Assembly (NCBI GenBank): GCA_039801225.1
Contig: JBDRUH010000012.1
Location: forward strand, 1 to 40,792
Length of the DNA stretch: 40,792 nt
Source: a candidate division WOR-3 bacterium
GTDB taxonomy: Bacteria; Hydrothermota; Tepidihabitantia; Tepidihabitantales; Tepidihabitantaceae
Direction: 5' to 3'
Within the stretch, counting starts at the first letter, position 1. The number at the start of each line of letters is the position of its first letter. Under the pieces are notes generated by a model that ran no database searches, was not told where the DNA came from, and worked only from the letters and a program-made list of their open reading frames with translations. Both the position numbers and the translations under genes were made by a program. Positions 26,234-36,122 of the stretch are shown piece after piece.

Positions 26234-29200
26234 TCATCCGGTAAAGAGTGCGGCAATTTCCCGGTAGATATTTTCCGAAAGAAAGCCTTTTATATCAATC
26301 GCCTGGGAGCGACAGTTGGCTGCGCAGGTCCCGCACCCTTTGCAAAGCGCCGAGTTGACCACTGCCGCCCGTTTGCCACGACGCTTATCAACCACCTGCA
26401 CCTCAATCGCCCGATAGGCACAAAGTCCTTCACACATACCACAGGCAGAACAGCGCTCTAAGTTGACCACCGCCTGATAGGGTTCCGCCTCAATGAAATC
26501 CCGCGCCAGGACGGTTATCGCCCGACCGGCTGCCGCCTGGGCTGATGCGATGGACTCGTCAATGAATTTCGGGTAGTGGCAGAGTCCACAGAGAAAAACC
26601 CCTTCGGTGGCAAAGTCAACCGGACGGAGTTTGGCGTGTGCCTCCAGGAAGAAGCGGTCTTGATGTAAAGGAACCTTGAACATTTTGCCCAGTTCAGAAG
26701 TGTCGGGGTTTGCCACCAGTCCGCTGGATAGAACCAAAAGGTCGGGTGTGAGGTCCAGTTCGGTTCTTAAAATTGGCTCATAAACCCGAACCCGGAGCAG
26801 TCCATTTTCTCTTTGTACCTTCGGCTTTGTCTCTAAGGTGTAACGGATGAAGTTCACACCCAGTTCCCGCGCCCGGCGATAAAAGGTCTCCTTTAGTCCG
26901 TAGGTGCGGATGTCCCGGTAGAGGATAATCACCTCGGTTTCCGGGCTCTGTTCTTTAATAGCGATGGCGTTCTTTATCGCCTCGGTGCAGCAGATTCTTG
27001 AGCAGTAAGGGCGCTCATCCTCCCTTGAGCCAACGCACTGGACCATCACTACCAGTCTTAACCCTTTCAAAGCCTCTGAGCGGTGGGCAATGAGCCTTTC
27101 CATATCCTCCTGGGTGATTACCCGCTCCGATTCACCATAGCCATATTCACCTTCAGGTTGCCGATACCGGGCACCGGTAGCAAGAATCACCACCCCATGT
27201 TCAATCGTAGCTGAGGGCTCACGGCTGTCGGCTGTCTGCTGTATGGTGCTGGTGAATGAGCCGACAAAACCTTCAACCCTGGTGATTCGGGCATTGGTGA
27301 AGAGCCGGATACGGGGATGGAAACTAACTTTTTCTATTAGTTCAGCCAGCCTTTTCTGAACATCTTCACCCTCAATTGTTCGCCAGATGGTCCGGGCGAT
27401 TCCACCCAGTTCCTTTTCTCTTTCCACCAGGTAGACATCAAAACCGGCATCGGCAAGTGCCAGCGCGGCACTCATTCCGCTGATGCCACCGCCAATGACC
27501 AGACCGGCTTTTGTTACCCGCAGTTTAACCGGTCTCAGGGGCTCCTGACGTCGAACCCGAGCCACCGCCATCCGCACCAGGTCCTTTGCCTTTTCTGTTG
27601 CTCGCTCTTTATCCTCCATATGAACCCAGGAGCATTGGTCGCGGATGTTTGCCATCGCAAACAGATGCGGGTTTAATCCCGCCTCCGCCACCGTCGCTTG
27701 GAAAAGCGGCTCATGGGTTCGGGGCGAACAGGAGGCAACCACCACCCGGTTCAGATTCTTCTCGTTAATCCATTCCTTCAGTTTTTTTAGACTGTCCGCT
27801 GAGCAGGAGTAAAGGTTTTCTTGGGCAAAGACTACGCCAGGCAGACTGCGGGCAAATTCCACCACCTCTGGCACCCGGACAATCCCGCCGATGTTTATCC
27901 CGCAATGGCAGACAAACACCCCGATCCTGGGTGGCTCGCCGGCAATGGGTCTTTCCTTCTCAACTGTCGGCTGACGGCTCTCGGCTGACGGCTCTCGGCT
28001 GACGGCTGTCCAGCGCAGGCAATTTGCCGCTGCTGCTGAGGCTTGCGTAACCGTCTCGGGAATATCCTTTGGTCCCTGACCGCTGCCCACAATAAAGAAT
28101 CCGGGGCGACTGGCACTAATCGGGGCAAAAAGGTCAACTTTCGGATAGGAAAATTGGTTGAGTGTGATATCTACCCTCTCAAATAACATTCTGGAGGATT
28201 CGGGTGGAACAAAACCACAGGAAAGCACCACCATATCAAACTGCTCAGAACGCTGTCCCGCTTCGGTGGCATAGCGGAGAGTCAGGTCTTTTGTTTCTTC
28301 TTCCCTGATTTCTGCTACCCTTGCCGGCACTAACCTGACTCCATACTGTCTTTCTGCCCGTTCAATATAACGGTCAAAATCCTTGCCAAAAGCCCGGATG
28401 TCCATATAAAAGACTGTGGGCTCAATATTCTGGTTGTGCTCCTTGGCGATCACCGCCTCCTTCACCGCATACATACAGCAGACCGTGGAGCAGTAACTCC
28501 GCTCAATTGACTCATCACGGGAGCCGAAACACTGCACCCAGGCAATCTTTTTGGGCTCCTTTTTATCGCTTGGTCTGAGAATGTGTCCGCCAAAAGGTCC
28601 AGACGCGGAAAGAATCCGCTCAAACTCCAAACTGGTAACCACATTCGGGTAGCGGGCATAACCGAACTCTGGACGTACATCAGGGCGAACAACTTCGCTT
28701 CCCGAGGATAGAACCACCGCACCCACCTGCAAGATGACCTCTTGGTCCTCTTCCCCATAATTGATCGCCCCAGCCTGGCAAACCTTTTCACAGTTGCCAC
28801 ACCGATTTTTAGTAAACTTCAGGCAGTGGGTACGGTCAATGGCTGGTGCATTGGGCACCGCCTGGGCATACAGCCGGTAAATCGCCCGACGCTGCGAGAG
28901 TCCACCCTCAAACTCGTTGGGCAGCTTTACCGGACATTTCTCTAAACAACTCCCACAACCGGTGCAGCGGGAAAGGTCAACCGACCGGGCATATCGCCGA
29001 ACCTGCGCCTGAAAGTTACCTGGCTCGCCCGTTACCTTAACAACCTCACTCAGGGTTAGAAGTTCAATATTGGGGTGCCGGGCACAAAAGACCAGTTTCG
29101 GCGAAAGGATGCACATTGAGCAGTCGTTAGTTGGAAATGTCTTATCCAGCATCGCCATATAACCACCAATCGCTGGCGCCCTTTCTACAAGATAAACCTT

Positions 29201-29284
29201 CAATCCCGCCTCCGCCATATCCAGCGCCGCCTGCACGCCGCCGACGCCACCACCAACGACCAGCACCGCGTTTACCTTATCCAT
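26234..29284 (-). CDS. hdrA: HdrA-like flavoprotein with two tandem HdrA modules
   Basis: DKTFPTNDCSMC, GVFVCHCG, NIRDQCSWVH, two QCxGSR...CSxxCC motifs, EAHAKLRPV and a terminal 2x[4Fe-4S] domain. ATG 29284 preferred over GTG 29296. Confidence 0.9.
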   Translation of the reverse strand: MDKVNAVLVVGGGVGGVQAALDMAEAGLKVYLVERAPAIGGYMAMLDKTFPTNDCSMCILSPKLVFCARHPNIELLTLSEVVKVTGEPGNFQAQVRRYARSVDLSRCTGCGSCLEKCPVKLPNEFEGGLSQRRAIYRLYAQAVPNAPAIDRTHCLKFTKNRCGNCEKVCQAGAINYGEEDQEVILQVGAVVLSSGSEVVRPDVRPEFGYARYPNVVTSLEFERILSASGPFGGHILRPSDKKEPKKIAWVQCFGSRDESIERSYCSTVCCMYAVKEAVIAKEHNQNIEPTVFYMDIRAFGKDFDRYIERAERQYGVRLVPARVAEIREEETKDLTLRYATEAGQRSEQFDMVVLSCGFVPPESSRMLFERVDITLNQFSYPKVDLFAPISASRPGFFIVGSGQGPKDIPETVTQASAAAANCLRWTAVSREPSAESRQPTVEKERPIAGEPPRIGVFVCHCGINIGGIVRVPEVVEFARSLPGVVFAQENLYSCSADSLKKLKEWINEKNLNRVVVASCSPRTHEPLFQATVAEAGLNPHLFAMANIRDQCSWVHMEDKERATEKAKDLVRMAVARVRRQEPLRPVKLRVTKAGLVIGGGISGMSAALALADAGFDVYLVEREKELGGIARTIWRTIEGEDVQKRLAELIEKVSFHPRIRLFTNARITRVEGFVGSFTSTIQQTADSREPSATIEHGVVILATGARYRQPEGEYGYGESERVITQEDMERLIAHRSEALKGLRLVVMVQCVGSREDERPYCSRICCTEAIKNAIAIKEQSPETEVIILYRDIRTYGLKETFYRRARELGVNFIRYTLETKPKVQRENGLLRVRVYEPILRTELDLTPDLLVLSSGLVANPDTSELGKMFKVPLHQDRFFLEAHAKLRPVDFATEGVFLCGLCHYPKFIDESIASAQAAAGRAITVLARDFIEAEPYQAVVNLERCSACGMCEGLCAYRAIEVQVVDKRRGKRAAVVNSALCKGCGTCAANCRSQAIDIKGFLSENIYREIAALFTG

Positions 29285-29292
29285 CTCTCCTC

Positions 29293-29985
29293 TCACCCGT
29301 CTGCTGTTGGCTGTCGGCTGTTTTGTCTCTCCAGCATCTTAAGACTCTCCGGATATGAGTAACCATCCTCAATCGCCAGTTGACGCAGGACCTGCATTAT
29401 CCGGCTGATTTTTACTCCTTGAGGGCAACGACTCTCGCACTTAAAATGGGTGGCGCAGATATCTTTAAATTTATCTTGATAAGCCATATCGCGCAGACCA
29501 AGATTAACCTTCCGGATGAACTGTCGCGGATCATTTTTCGGATCAAGGAGTGTCTCTGGGCAAACCGCAGTGCAACTTCCACACACAAAACAGGCAGAAA
29601 CTGTTGAAACCCGCTTCAAAACCTCGCGCCGAAACAACAAGTCAACCTGGGTACCGCCTTCCGCCTTTCTCTTTCCGCCTTCCGCCAATTCAACCACCGC
29701 CGCACATACCTCGCCGATATTCACTCCCTGCGGACAGCGATATAAACAGGTGGAATGATAGGAGCATAGCCAGACAAATTCTGAGCGGTAAACCTCCTCC
29801 TTCATTCCTAAGATCGCCATCCGCACCAGCCTTCGCGGATTATACTTCTCCTCCAGCCGCCGGACCGGGCAGGAGGCGGTGCAGGAACCGCAAGCAAAGC
29901 AGTTGAGAAAACTATTATCGCCCATCCTTTCGACGATGCGGTGCTTAAACTCGCTGTCCAGTTCGTTAATTAGTATCTCTTCCAT
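29293..29985 (-). CDS. Tandem HdrC-like 4Fe-4S dicluster protein with CxxHxxC variants
   Basis: CFACGSCTASCP...CSYHSTCLYRCP and CFVCGSCTAVCP...CATHFKCESRCP. ATG 29985 preferred over 30015. Confidence 0.82.
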   Translation of the reverse strand: MEEILINELDSEFKHRIVERMGDNSFLNCFACGSCTASCPVRRLEEKYNPRRLVRMAILGMKEEVYRSEFVWLCSYHSTCLYRCPQGVNIGEVCAAVVELAEGGKRKAEGGTQVDLLFRREVLKRVSTVSACFVCGSCTAVCPETLLDPKNDPRQFIRKVNLGLRDMAYQDKFKDICATHFKCESRCPQGVKISRIMQVLRQLAIEDGYSYPESLKMLERQNSRQPTADG

Positions 29986-29986
29986 C

Positions 29987-31117
29987 TTAATCTTCGCCAA
30001 TTGTTCGGAACTCATCCTCTCGAAAAGTCGTCAATGGCAGTGGCTCTTCTAAGGAGCGTCCCGACAGATAGCCAAACTCCTCCTGGGCAGCCCGGGAGAC
30101 CTTTTTGAACAGAACGCTCAAGCCAATCTGAACCGGACAGGAATCCTCGCAGATTCCGCACTGAACGCAGGAGGTCATCATATGGTTCATCCGGGTGAGG
30201 TGGAAGAGCATCGTCCCGGCGGGCATCCGGGTTATACCTTTATGCCTTGAGAGCCGAACCTGTTCATCCAATTCCCGCGCTAACGCCTCCGATTCAAAAA
30301 AGCACTCCCGGCAGTAGCAGACCGGACAGACATGCATACAGTTATGGCAATTCAGACACCGGGCAAAATAGCGCATTAGGTTCTCTGGACCCAAACCGAC
30401 TTTATCAAACTCGGCGATGCGTTGTGCCGCCTTTTCCTTCCGCGCTTGACAGAACTTTTCCAGAAACCTCTCCCGCGATGCTGGCGTGCCCTCTATTATC
30501 TTTAGTTCTAATCCCTCAAGGAGCGCCTCGCCCTTTGCGGTATTTGCAACAACTATTAACTCCTGTTCCGGATCAATACCGAGAAAGCCGAATGTTAGGT
30601 CGGAGACCAAAGGCGTGGGAAATTCACAATTCTGGCATGCCGAGCGGAAACGCTCTTCGTTAAGATATCCATCCTGATTCCGGACAAACCGATTATTAAA
30701 ATCTGAGTCACCATGGCTTATCTCGGCAAAGTCACTTGCCCGATATGTCCCAGGGCAGTCAATCCCGACCAAAACAAGATTGTCCAACGCCACCTGCTTT
30801 AACTTAACCAGTTCCACTACGGCGCGAAGTTCGCAGGGTCTTAACACTACTGCCACTTTAACCCCCTCTTCCACCGGATTCGGGGCAATCTCGGCAATAA
30901 TACTGGCGCTGTTTACCGTCATTGCTGGTAAAAGCGGGGCGGTATCGGCAACTTTCTCCGGCGTAGAGATGAGCGCCGGGCTGAAAACGCCGGTAGAAGA
31001 AACTGCTGGGACAAGCAACGCAGAAACCTTTTCTTCTCTCAACCACCAGGCGTAAACCTGCCTCAGGGTCTGTTCCGGATTTCTGTTTTCAACCTTCAGG
31101 ATGCCACTCTTTGCCAC
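29987..31117 (-). CDS. FdhB/FrhB-like iron-sulfur subunit
   Basis: RPCELRA, GIDCPG, RSACQNC, CLNCHNCMHVCPVCYC and CVQCGICEDSCP motifs; follows mvhD. Confidence 0.8.
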   Translation of the reverse strand: MAKSGILKVENRNPEQTLRQVYAWWLREEKVSALLVPAVSSTGVFSPALISTPEKVADTAPLLPAMTVNSASIIAEIAPNPVEEGVKVAVVLRPCELRAVVELVKLKQVALDNLVLVGIDCPGTYRASDFAEISHGDSDFNNRFVRNQDGYLNEERFRSACQNCEFPTPLVSDLTFGFLGIDPEQELIVVANTAKGEALLEGLELKIIEGTPASRERFLEKFCQARKEKAAQRIAEFDKVGLGPENLMRYFARCLNCHNCMHVCPVCYCRECFFESEALARELDEQVRLSRHKGITRMPAGTMLFHLTRMNHMMTSCVQCGICEDSCPVQIGLSVLFKKVSRAAQEEFGYLSGRSLEEPLPLTTFREDEFRTIGED

Positions 31118-31118
31118 C

Positions 31119-31538
31119 TCACACCTCCCAGAGCGCTTTAAAGGGACTGGGACCTTTTCGGCGTAACTCCTCGGTCATCTGAGTGATGGTGTCGGCAAAC
31201 TTTTTCCCTTCTGCAGCCGAAATCCACCGCAGCCATACCCTGCCGTCATCAAGCCCGAGCGAACGCATAATCGCATTAAAAAGGACAATTCGGCGCCTGG
31301 TTTTATAGTTTCCCGAGACATAGTGGCAATCGCCGGGATGGCAACCGCCGATTAGCACTCCGTCAACACCTTCAAGAAGCGCCCGCAGAATATAAGCCGA
31401 GTCCACCGCTCCTGAGCACATCACCCTTATCGGGCGCATATTGGGTGGGTATTGAATTCGGGATGTCCCGGCAAGGTCGGCGCCCGCATAGGTGCACCAG
31501 TTGCATAAAAAACCAACTATCGTAGGTTCATAAGGCAT
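31119..31538 (-). CDS. mvhD: MvhD [2Fe-2S] subunit
   Basis: FLCNWCTYAGADLAG, IRVMCSG, GGCHPGDCHY and WISAAEG motifs; all Cys. Confidence 0.95.
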   Translation of the reverse strand: MPYEPTIVGFLCNWCTYAGADLAGTSRIQYPPNMRPIRVMCSGAVDSAYILRALLEGVDGVLIGGCHPGDCHYVSGNYKTRRRIVLFNAIMRSLGLDDGRVWLRWISAAEGKKFADTITQMTEELRRKGPSPFKALWEV

Positions 31539-31574
31539 AAATCCTCCCTCTTCCTTTGCCTCTACCTATATCTT

Positions 31575-34500
31575 TCATAATGCCGCCTCAATCATTGACA
31601 ACAACTGTCTTGATTCAAACCCCTGTAATTCTATCGCATTGGAGGGGCAGGCGGCAGCACAAGCACCGCATCCCTGGCAGAGGACCGCAGTAACTTCACT
31701 TTTACCCTTTGCTGGGTTCAGGCGAACCGCCTCATATTGACAGACCCTTTCACAAACTCCGCACCCGGCACACCAGCGCTCCTTTACCCGGGCTACTACG
31801 CCCTGGGTAGTAATCTCCTTCTGACCAATAACCCCTCCGGCACGAGCCGCCGCGGCGAGCGCCTGGGCAATTGTCTCATCAATTAACCTCGGGCTATGGC
31901 ACAATCCCGCCATAAAAACGCCGGCAGTGTTAAAGTCCACTGGTCGGAGTTTTAAATGCGCCTCAAGGAAAAAGCCATCTTCATTCAGGGGTACTTTTAG
32001 TAACTGGGCAAGTTCCCGATTGGCGGGATTAAAAACCACACCCGTAGAAAGCACCAAAAGGTCGGCATCAACCCCCACCCTTCGGCCTAAGACGGGGTCA
32101 AATGCGGCAAGGTGAAGTCTGCCATTACGCCGCTCAAATTTAAGCGACCGAACTTCATCCTCGGGGTCAAACCTAATAAAGATTACCCCGGACTGTCGTG
32201 CCTTTTGATATAGCGCCTCTTTGAAGCCATAGGTTCGGATATCCCGATAGAATATGACCACCTGCCGTTTCGGGTCTTCTTTTTTTAACCGGATGGCATT
32301 TTTAATCGCCTCGGTGCAGCAGATTCTGGAGCAATAGGGATGTTTTTCATCACGCGAGCCAACGCACTGAACCATTGCAATAGTTTTGGCGAATTTGAGG
32401 GCTTCTGAGCCGGATTCAATCATCTCCTCCAGTTCCAACTGGGTCTTTACCCGCTCATCTTCACCGTAGAGGAACTCCTTTGGTTGATACTCAATAGCGC
32501 CGGTAGCGACAACAAATACTCCGTGTTCAATCGTAACTGTCGGCTGTCGCCCGGAATCGGGCGCCCGATTTGGGCGGCTGTCGGCTGTCGGCTGTATGGT
32601 TGATTTGTAATTACCCACATAACCGGTGACCTCCTTTACCTCGGAGCCGAGAAACACCTTTATCTTAGGATGGGTCTGAACATTCCGCTCCAAACGGGTA
32701 AGGATATTTTGAATCTTCTCCCCTTTTTCATTATAACGAATCCGGCGCAACTTTCCGCCCAGAACCTTTTCCCGCTCAACTAAAAAGACCTCAAACCCCT
32801 GCTCAGCAATAGAGAGGGCAGCGGTCATTCCTGCCAGACCACCACCAATAACCAGCGCCTTTTGGACAACGGGCACAACTGTCGGCATCAAAGGTTTGAG
32901 GCGACGAGCATTTGCCACCGCCATTCGCACCAGGTCTTTTGCCTTCTCTGTTGCCTCCTCAGGTATGTGCATATGGACCCAAGAGCACTGGTCGCGGATG
33001 TTTGCCATTGTGAACAGATAGGGATTGAGTCCGGCTTCACGCATCGTCTCCTGAAACAGCGGCTCATGGGTGCGCGGGGTGCAGGATGCAACCACCACCC
33101 GGTTAAGTCTCTGTTCGGCAATCACCCGCCGAATCTTCTCCTGGGTATCCTGGGAGCAGGTAAAAAGGTTCTCCTCGGCATAGACAACACCTGGAAGAGT
33201 TTTAGCAAACTCCACCACCTCAGGCACCCGTACCACACCGCCGATATTAATCCCGCAGTTACATATAAAAACCCCTACCCGGGGTTCTTCAAGACTGACA
33301 TCCCTTTGTGGTGGATACTCCTTACGTTTCACCAGGGTATTGCGGGCTTCGCTTAATAGACCAGCCACCGCTCCGGCACAGCCGGTCGCTTCGGTAACCG
33401 TCTCCGGAATGTCTTTTGGCTCAACCAGTGTTCCGCAGGCAAATACCCCGGGACGGGAGGTTACCACCGGATATAGGTCATCGGTCCGTATAAACCCCTG
33501 TTCATCAACCGCCACACCGAGCCGTTCGCACAACCGGGCAAATTCTAAGTCGGCAACCATTGCGCTGGAAAGAACTACTAAATCGTAAACCTCATCTTGC
33601 AGTCTACCCTCTTCATCCTCATAGGTTACAATAAGGTTCTGAGAGTCATCGGGTGACTGGGTAACTTTTGCCACCCGGCACCGTCGGTAAACCACCCCGT
33701 ACTCCTTCCTGGCTCTCTCGTAATACCTTTCAAACCCCTTGCCAAAACAACGCATATCAATGTAATAAATATGGCACTCTAAATCCCCTCCGCAGTGCTC
33801 CTGGGCAATCACCGCCTCCTTAGTGGCAAACATACAGCAAACCGAAGAACAGTAATAGCGCTCTTGGCTCCTGGAGCCGACGCACTGAATCCAAGCGATT
33901 TTTTTGGGTGGTTTGCCATCACCCGGACGGCAGACCTGTCCCTGATAGGGACCGGTTGCCGACAGTATCCGCTCAAATTCCAAAGCGGTTACAACATTGG
34001 GGAGTTTTCCGTAACCCCATTCCGCACTGAGCGGATTGAACTCCTTAAATCCGCCTGCCAGGACCACCGCACCTACCTTTAACTTAATTTCTTGAACGGT
34101 ATCGGTGTGGTCAATCGCCTTCGCCTCACAGGCGGCAACGCACTGAAAACACTCAGAACAGACGCCACAGTCAAGGCAGCGTCTTGCCTCTTTAACCGCG
34201 TCCTCTTCGTCAAACCCGAGGTTAATCTCCTGAAAATTACTTTCTCGTTTCGCCACTTCAAGGGCTGGTTCTCTTAACCGCGGCGTCTTTTTAATCTCGG
34301 ACCGGGCAGCACCACTCTCCTCCAGTGTCGCTGGCTCAGGCTTTGGCTCTGGTCTACCTGCCGCCAAATCTTCTCCCCTTATGAAACGGTCAATAGAAAT
34401 CGCCGCCTCATGTCCATCAGCAACCGCCTCAATCACCGATGCCGGTCCACGCCGCGCATCACCGCCGGCAAACACACCCGGCATTCCAGGCACCATCAGG

Positions 34501-36122
34501 GTAACCGGGTCAACTTTAAAGGTGGCTAAGGGTCCCCGTTCAATACCTTCAAAACCATCTCCAGCCACCTCTTGACCAATAGCAAGAATTATCACCTCAC
34601 TTGGCACAAACCCGGTTTTCTCCTCATCAAACCGGGGATTAAACCGGTGGTGCTCATCAAACACCGAAGTGCAATAGACCGTGTCCAGACCGGCAACCTG
34701 TCCATTTTCACCTTTAATTGCCTTTGGTCCCCAGGAAGGCATTATCTTCACCCCTTCAAGAACCGCCTCCTCAATCTCCCACTTATGAGCCGGCATCTCC
34801 TCCAAACGCTCCAGACAGACCATTGTTACCTCTTGAGCCCCTAAGCGTCGGGCGCATAGGGCGCAATCCACCGCCACATTACCACCGCCAATAACCACCA
34901 CCCGCTTATTAGAAAAGTTTGGCTGCTGACCGGTACCTGAGTTCACCTCACGGAGGAATTCAATGCCGTGCAGGACACCCTGAAGTTCCATTCCAGGAAT
35001 TTTTAAGGTGCGACTGCGCGAGCAACCGAGCGCAACAAAAACCGCCTTGTATCCATTCCTCAGAAGACCTTTCAGTTCGTCAGTGGTGTTAATCGGGCTA
35101 TTCAGTTTCAGTTCCACTCCGGTATCAAGAATCGCTTGAACCTCGCTATCCAAGACCTCCCGGGGTAGCCGATACATAGGAATCCCCCAGCGCATCATAC
35201 CCCCGGGCGCCTCACTCGCCTCAAAAACCGTAACCGAATAGCCCTTGAGCCGAAGGTCTAAAGCACAGGTAAGACCTGCCGGACCAGAGCCGATTACCGC
35301 CACCCGTTCCCCCTTTTCCGCATTCCGCATTCCGCCTTCCACCTTATACGGTATCGGACCATTCTTCAGCGCCCAATCAGCAAGAAACCGCTTGAGCGTC
35401 CGGATGGCAACCGGCTCCTCCACATCCTTGCGGTTGCACTTCTCCTCGCAGGGGTGATGGCAGACCCGACCGCAGATGCCAACGAAGGGCAATCGCTCCC
35501 GTACTAATTCATAACCTTCTTTAAACTTTCTTTCCCGGATGAGGGCCACATAACCCTGAGCGTTGACCCCAGCCGGGCAGGCAAGCCGGCAGGGTGCTCG
35601 GTGCTCATTTTTATCAATCGCCACCGCATTCGGAATCGCCTGGGCAAAAAGTTTGTAAACCGCCCGGCGCTTTGAAAGCCCCTGATTGTAGGTGTCCGGC
35701 ACCTGCACCGGACACACCTTGGTGCAGTCAAGGCAGCCGGTGCACTTATCCAATATAACATAGCGGGGACGCTTTACCACCCGGGCGGTAAAGTTACCTG
35801 GCTCGCCCTCAAGACCCACCAGTTCGGCACCACTAATAATCTCAATGTTAGGATGTCTGCCGGTTCCCACCAACTTGGGTGCAAGAATGCACATTGAGCA
35901 GTCATTCGTCGGAAAGGTTTTGTCCAGCATCGCCATAACACCGCCAATCGCCGGTGCCCGGTCTAATAAGTATACCTTAAACCCCGCCTCAGCCATCTCC
36001 AGTGCCGACTGAATTCCAGCGATACCGGCACCCACCACCAGCGCCGCACCCACCTTTGAGGTTAAGGTTGAGGATTCTTGCCCTTTACCTACTTCCGCAT
36101 TCCCTATTCCGTCTTTACTCAT
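31575..36122 (-). CDS. HdrL-type large HdrA with an inserted NAD(P)-binding GltD/NfnB-like module
   Basis: HdrA motifs flank APCRLACP...GRVCHHPCE...IGSGPAG...IGGGNVAVDCA...FAGGD; ATGA overlap with the upstream hdrA. Confidence 0.9.
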   Translation of the reverse strand: MSKDGIGNAEVGKGQESSTLTSKVGAALVVGAGIAGIQSALEMAEAGFKVYLLDRAPAIGGVMAMLDKTFPTNDCSMCILAPKLVGTGRHPNIEIISGAELVGLEGEPGNFTARVVKRPRYVILDKCTGCLDCTKVCPVQVPDTYNQGLSKRRAVYKLFAQAIPNAVAIDKNEHRAPCRLACPAGVNAQGYVALIRERKFKEGYELVRERLPFVGICGRVCHHPCEEKCNRKDVEEPVAIRTLKRFLADWALKNGPIPYKVEGGMRNAEKGERVAVIGSGPAGLTCALDLRLKGYSVTVFEASEAPGGMMRWGIPMYRLPREVLDSEVQAILDTGVELKLNSPINTTDELKGLLRNGYKAVFVALGCSRSRTLKIPGMELQGVLHGIEFLREVNSGTGQQPNFSNKRVVVIGGGNVAVDCALCARRLGAQEVTMVCLERLEEMPAHKWEIEEAVLEGVKIMPSWGPKAIKGENGQVAGLDTVYCTSVFDEHHRFNPRFDEEKTGFVPSEVIILAIGQEVAGDGFEGIERGPLATFKVDPVTLMVPGMPGVFAGGDARRGPASVIEAVADGHEAAISIDRFIRGEDLAAGRPEPKPEPATLEESGAARSEIKKTPRLREPALEVAKRESNFQEINLGFDEEDAVKEARRCLDCGVCSECFQCVAACEAKAIDHTDTVQEIKLKVGAVVLAGGFKEFNPLSAEWGYGKLPNVVTALEFERILSATGPYQGQVCRPGDGKPPKKIAWIQCVGSRSQERYYCSSVCCMFATKEAVIAQEHCGGDLECHIYYIDMRCFGKGFERYYERARKEYGVVYRRCRVAKVTQSPDDSQNLIVTYEDEEGRLQDEVYDLVVLSSAMVADLEFARLCERLGVAVDEQGFIRTDDLYPVVTSRPGVFACGTLVEPKDIPETVTEATGCAGAVAGLLSEARNTLVKRKEYPPQRDVSLEEPRVGVFICNCGINIGGVVRVPEVVEFAKTLPGVVYAEENLFTCSQDTQEKIRRVIAEQRLNRVVVASCTPRTHEPLFQETMREAGLNPYLFTMANIRDQCSWVHMHIPEEATEKAKDLVRMAVANARRLKPLMPTVVPVVQKALVIGGGLAGMTAALSIAEQGFEVFLVEREKVLGGKLRRIRYNEKGEKIQNILTRLERNVQTHPKIKVFLGSEVKEVTGYVGNYKSTIQPTADSRPNRAPDSGRQPTVTIEHGVFVVATGAIEYQPKEFLYGEDERVKTQLELEEMIESGSEALKFAKTIAMVQCVGSRDEKHPYCSRICCTEAIKNAIRLKKEDPKRQVVIFYRDIRTYGFKEALYQKARQSGVIFIRFDPEDEVRSLKFERRNGRLHLAAFDPVLGRRVGVDADLLVLSTGVVFNPANRELAQLLKVPLNEDGFFLEAHLKLRPVDFNTAGVFMAGLCHSPRLIDETIAQALAAAARAGGVIGQKEITTQGVVARVKERWCAGCGVCERVCQYEAVRLNPAKGKSEVTAVLCQGCGACAAACPSNAIELQGFESRQLLSMIEAAL

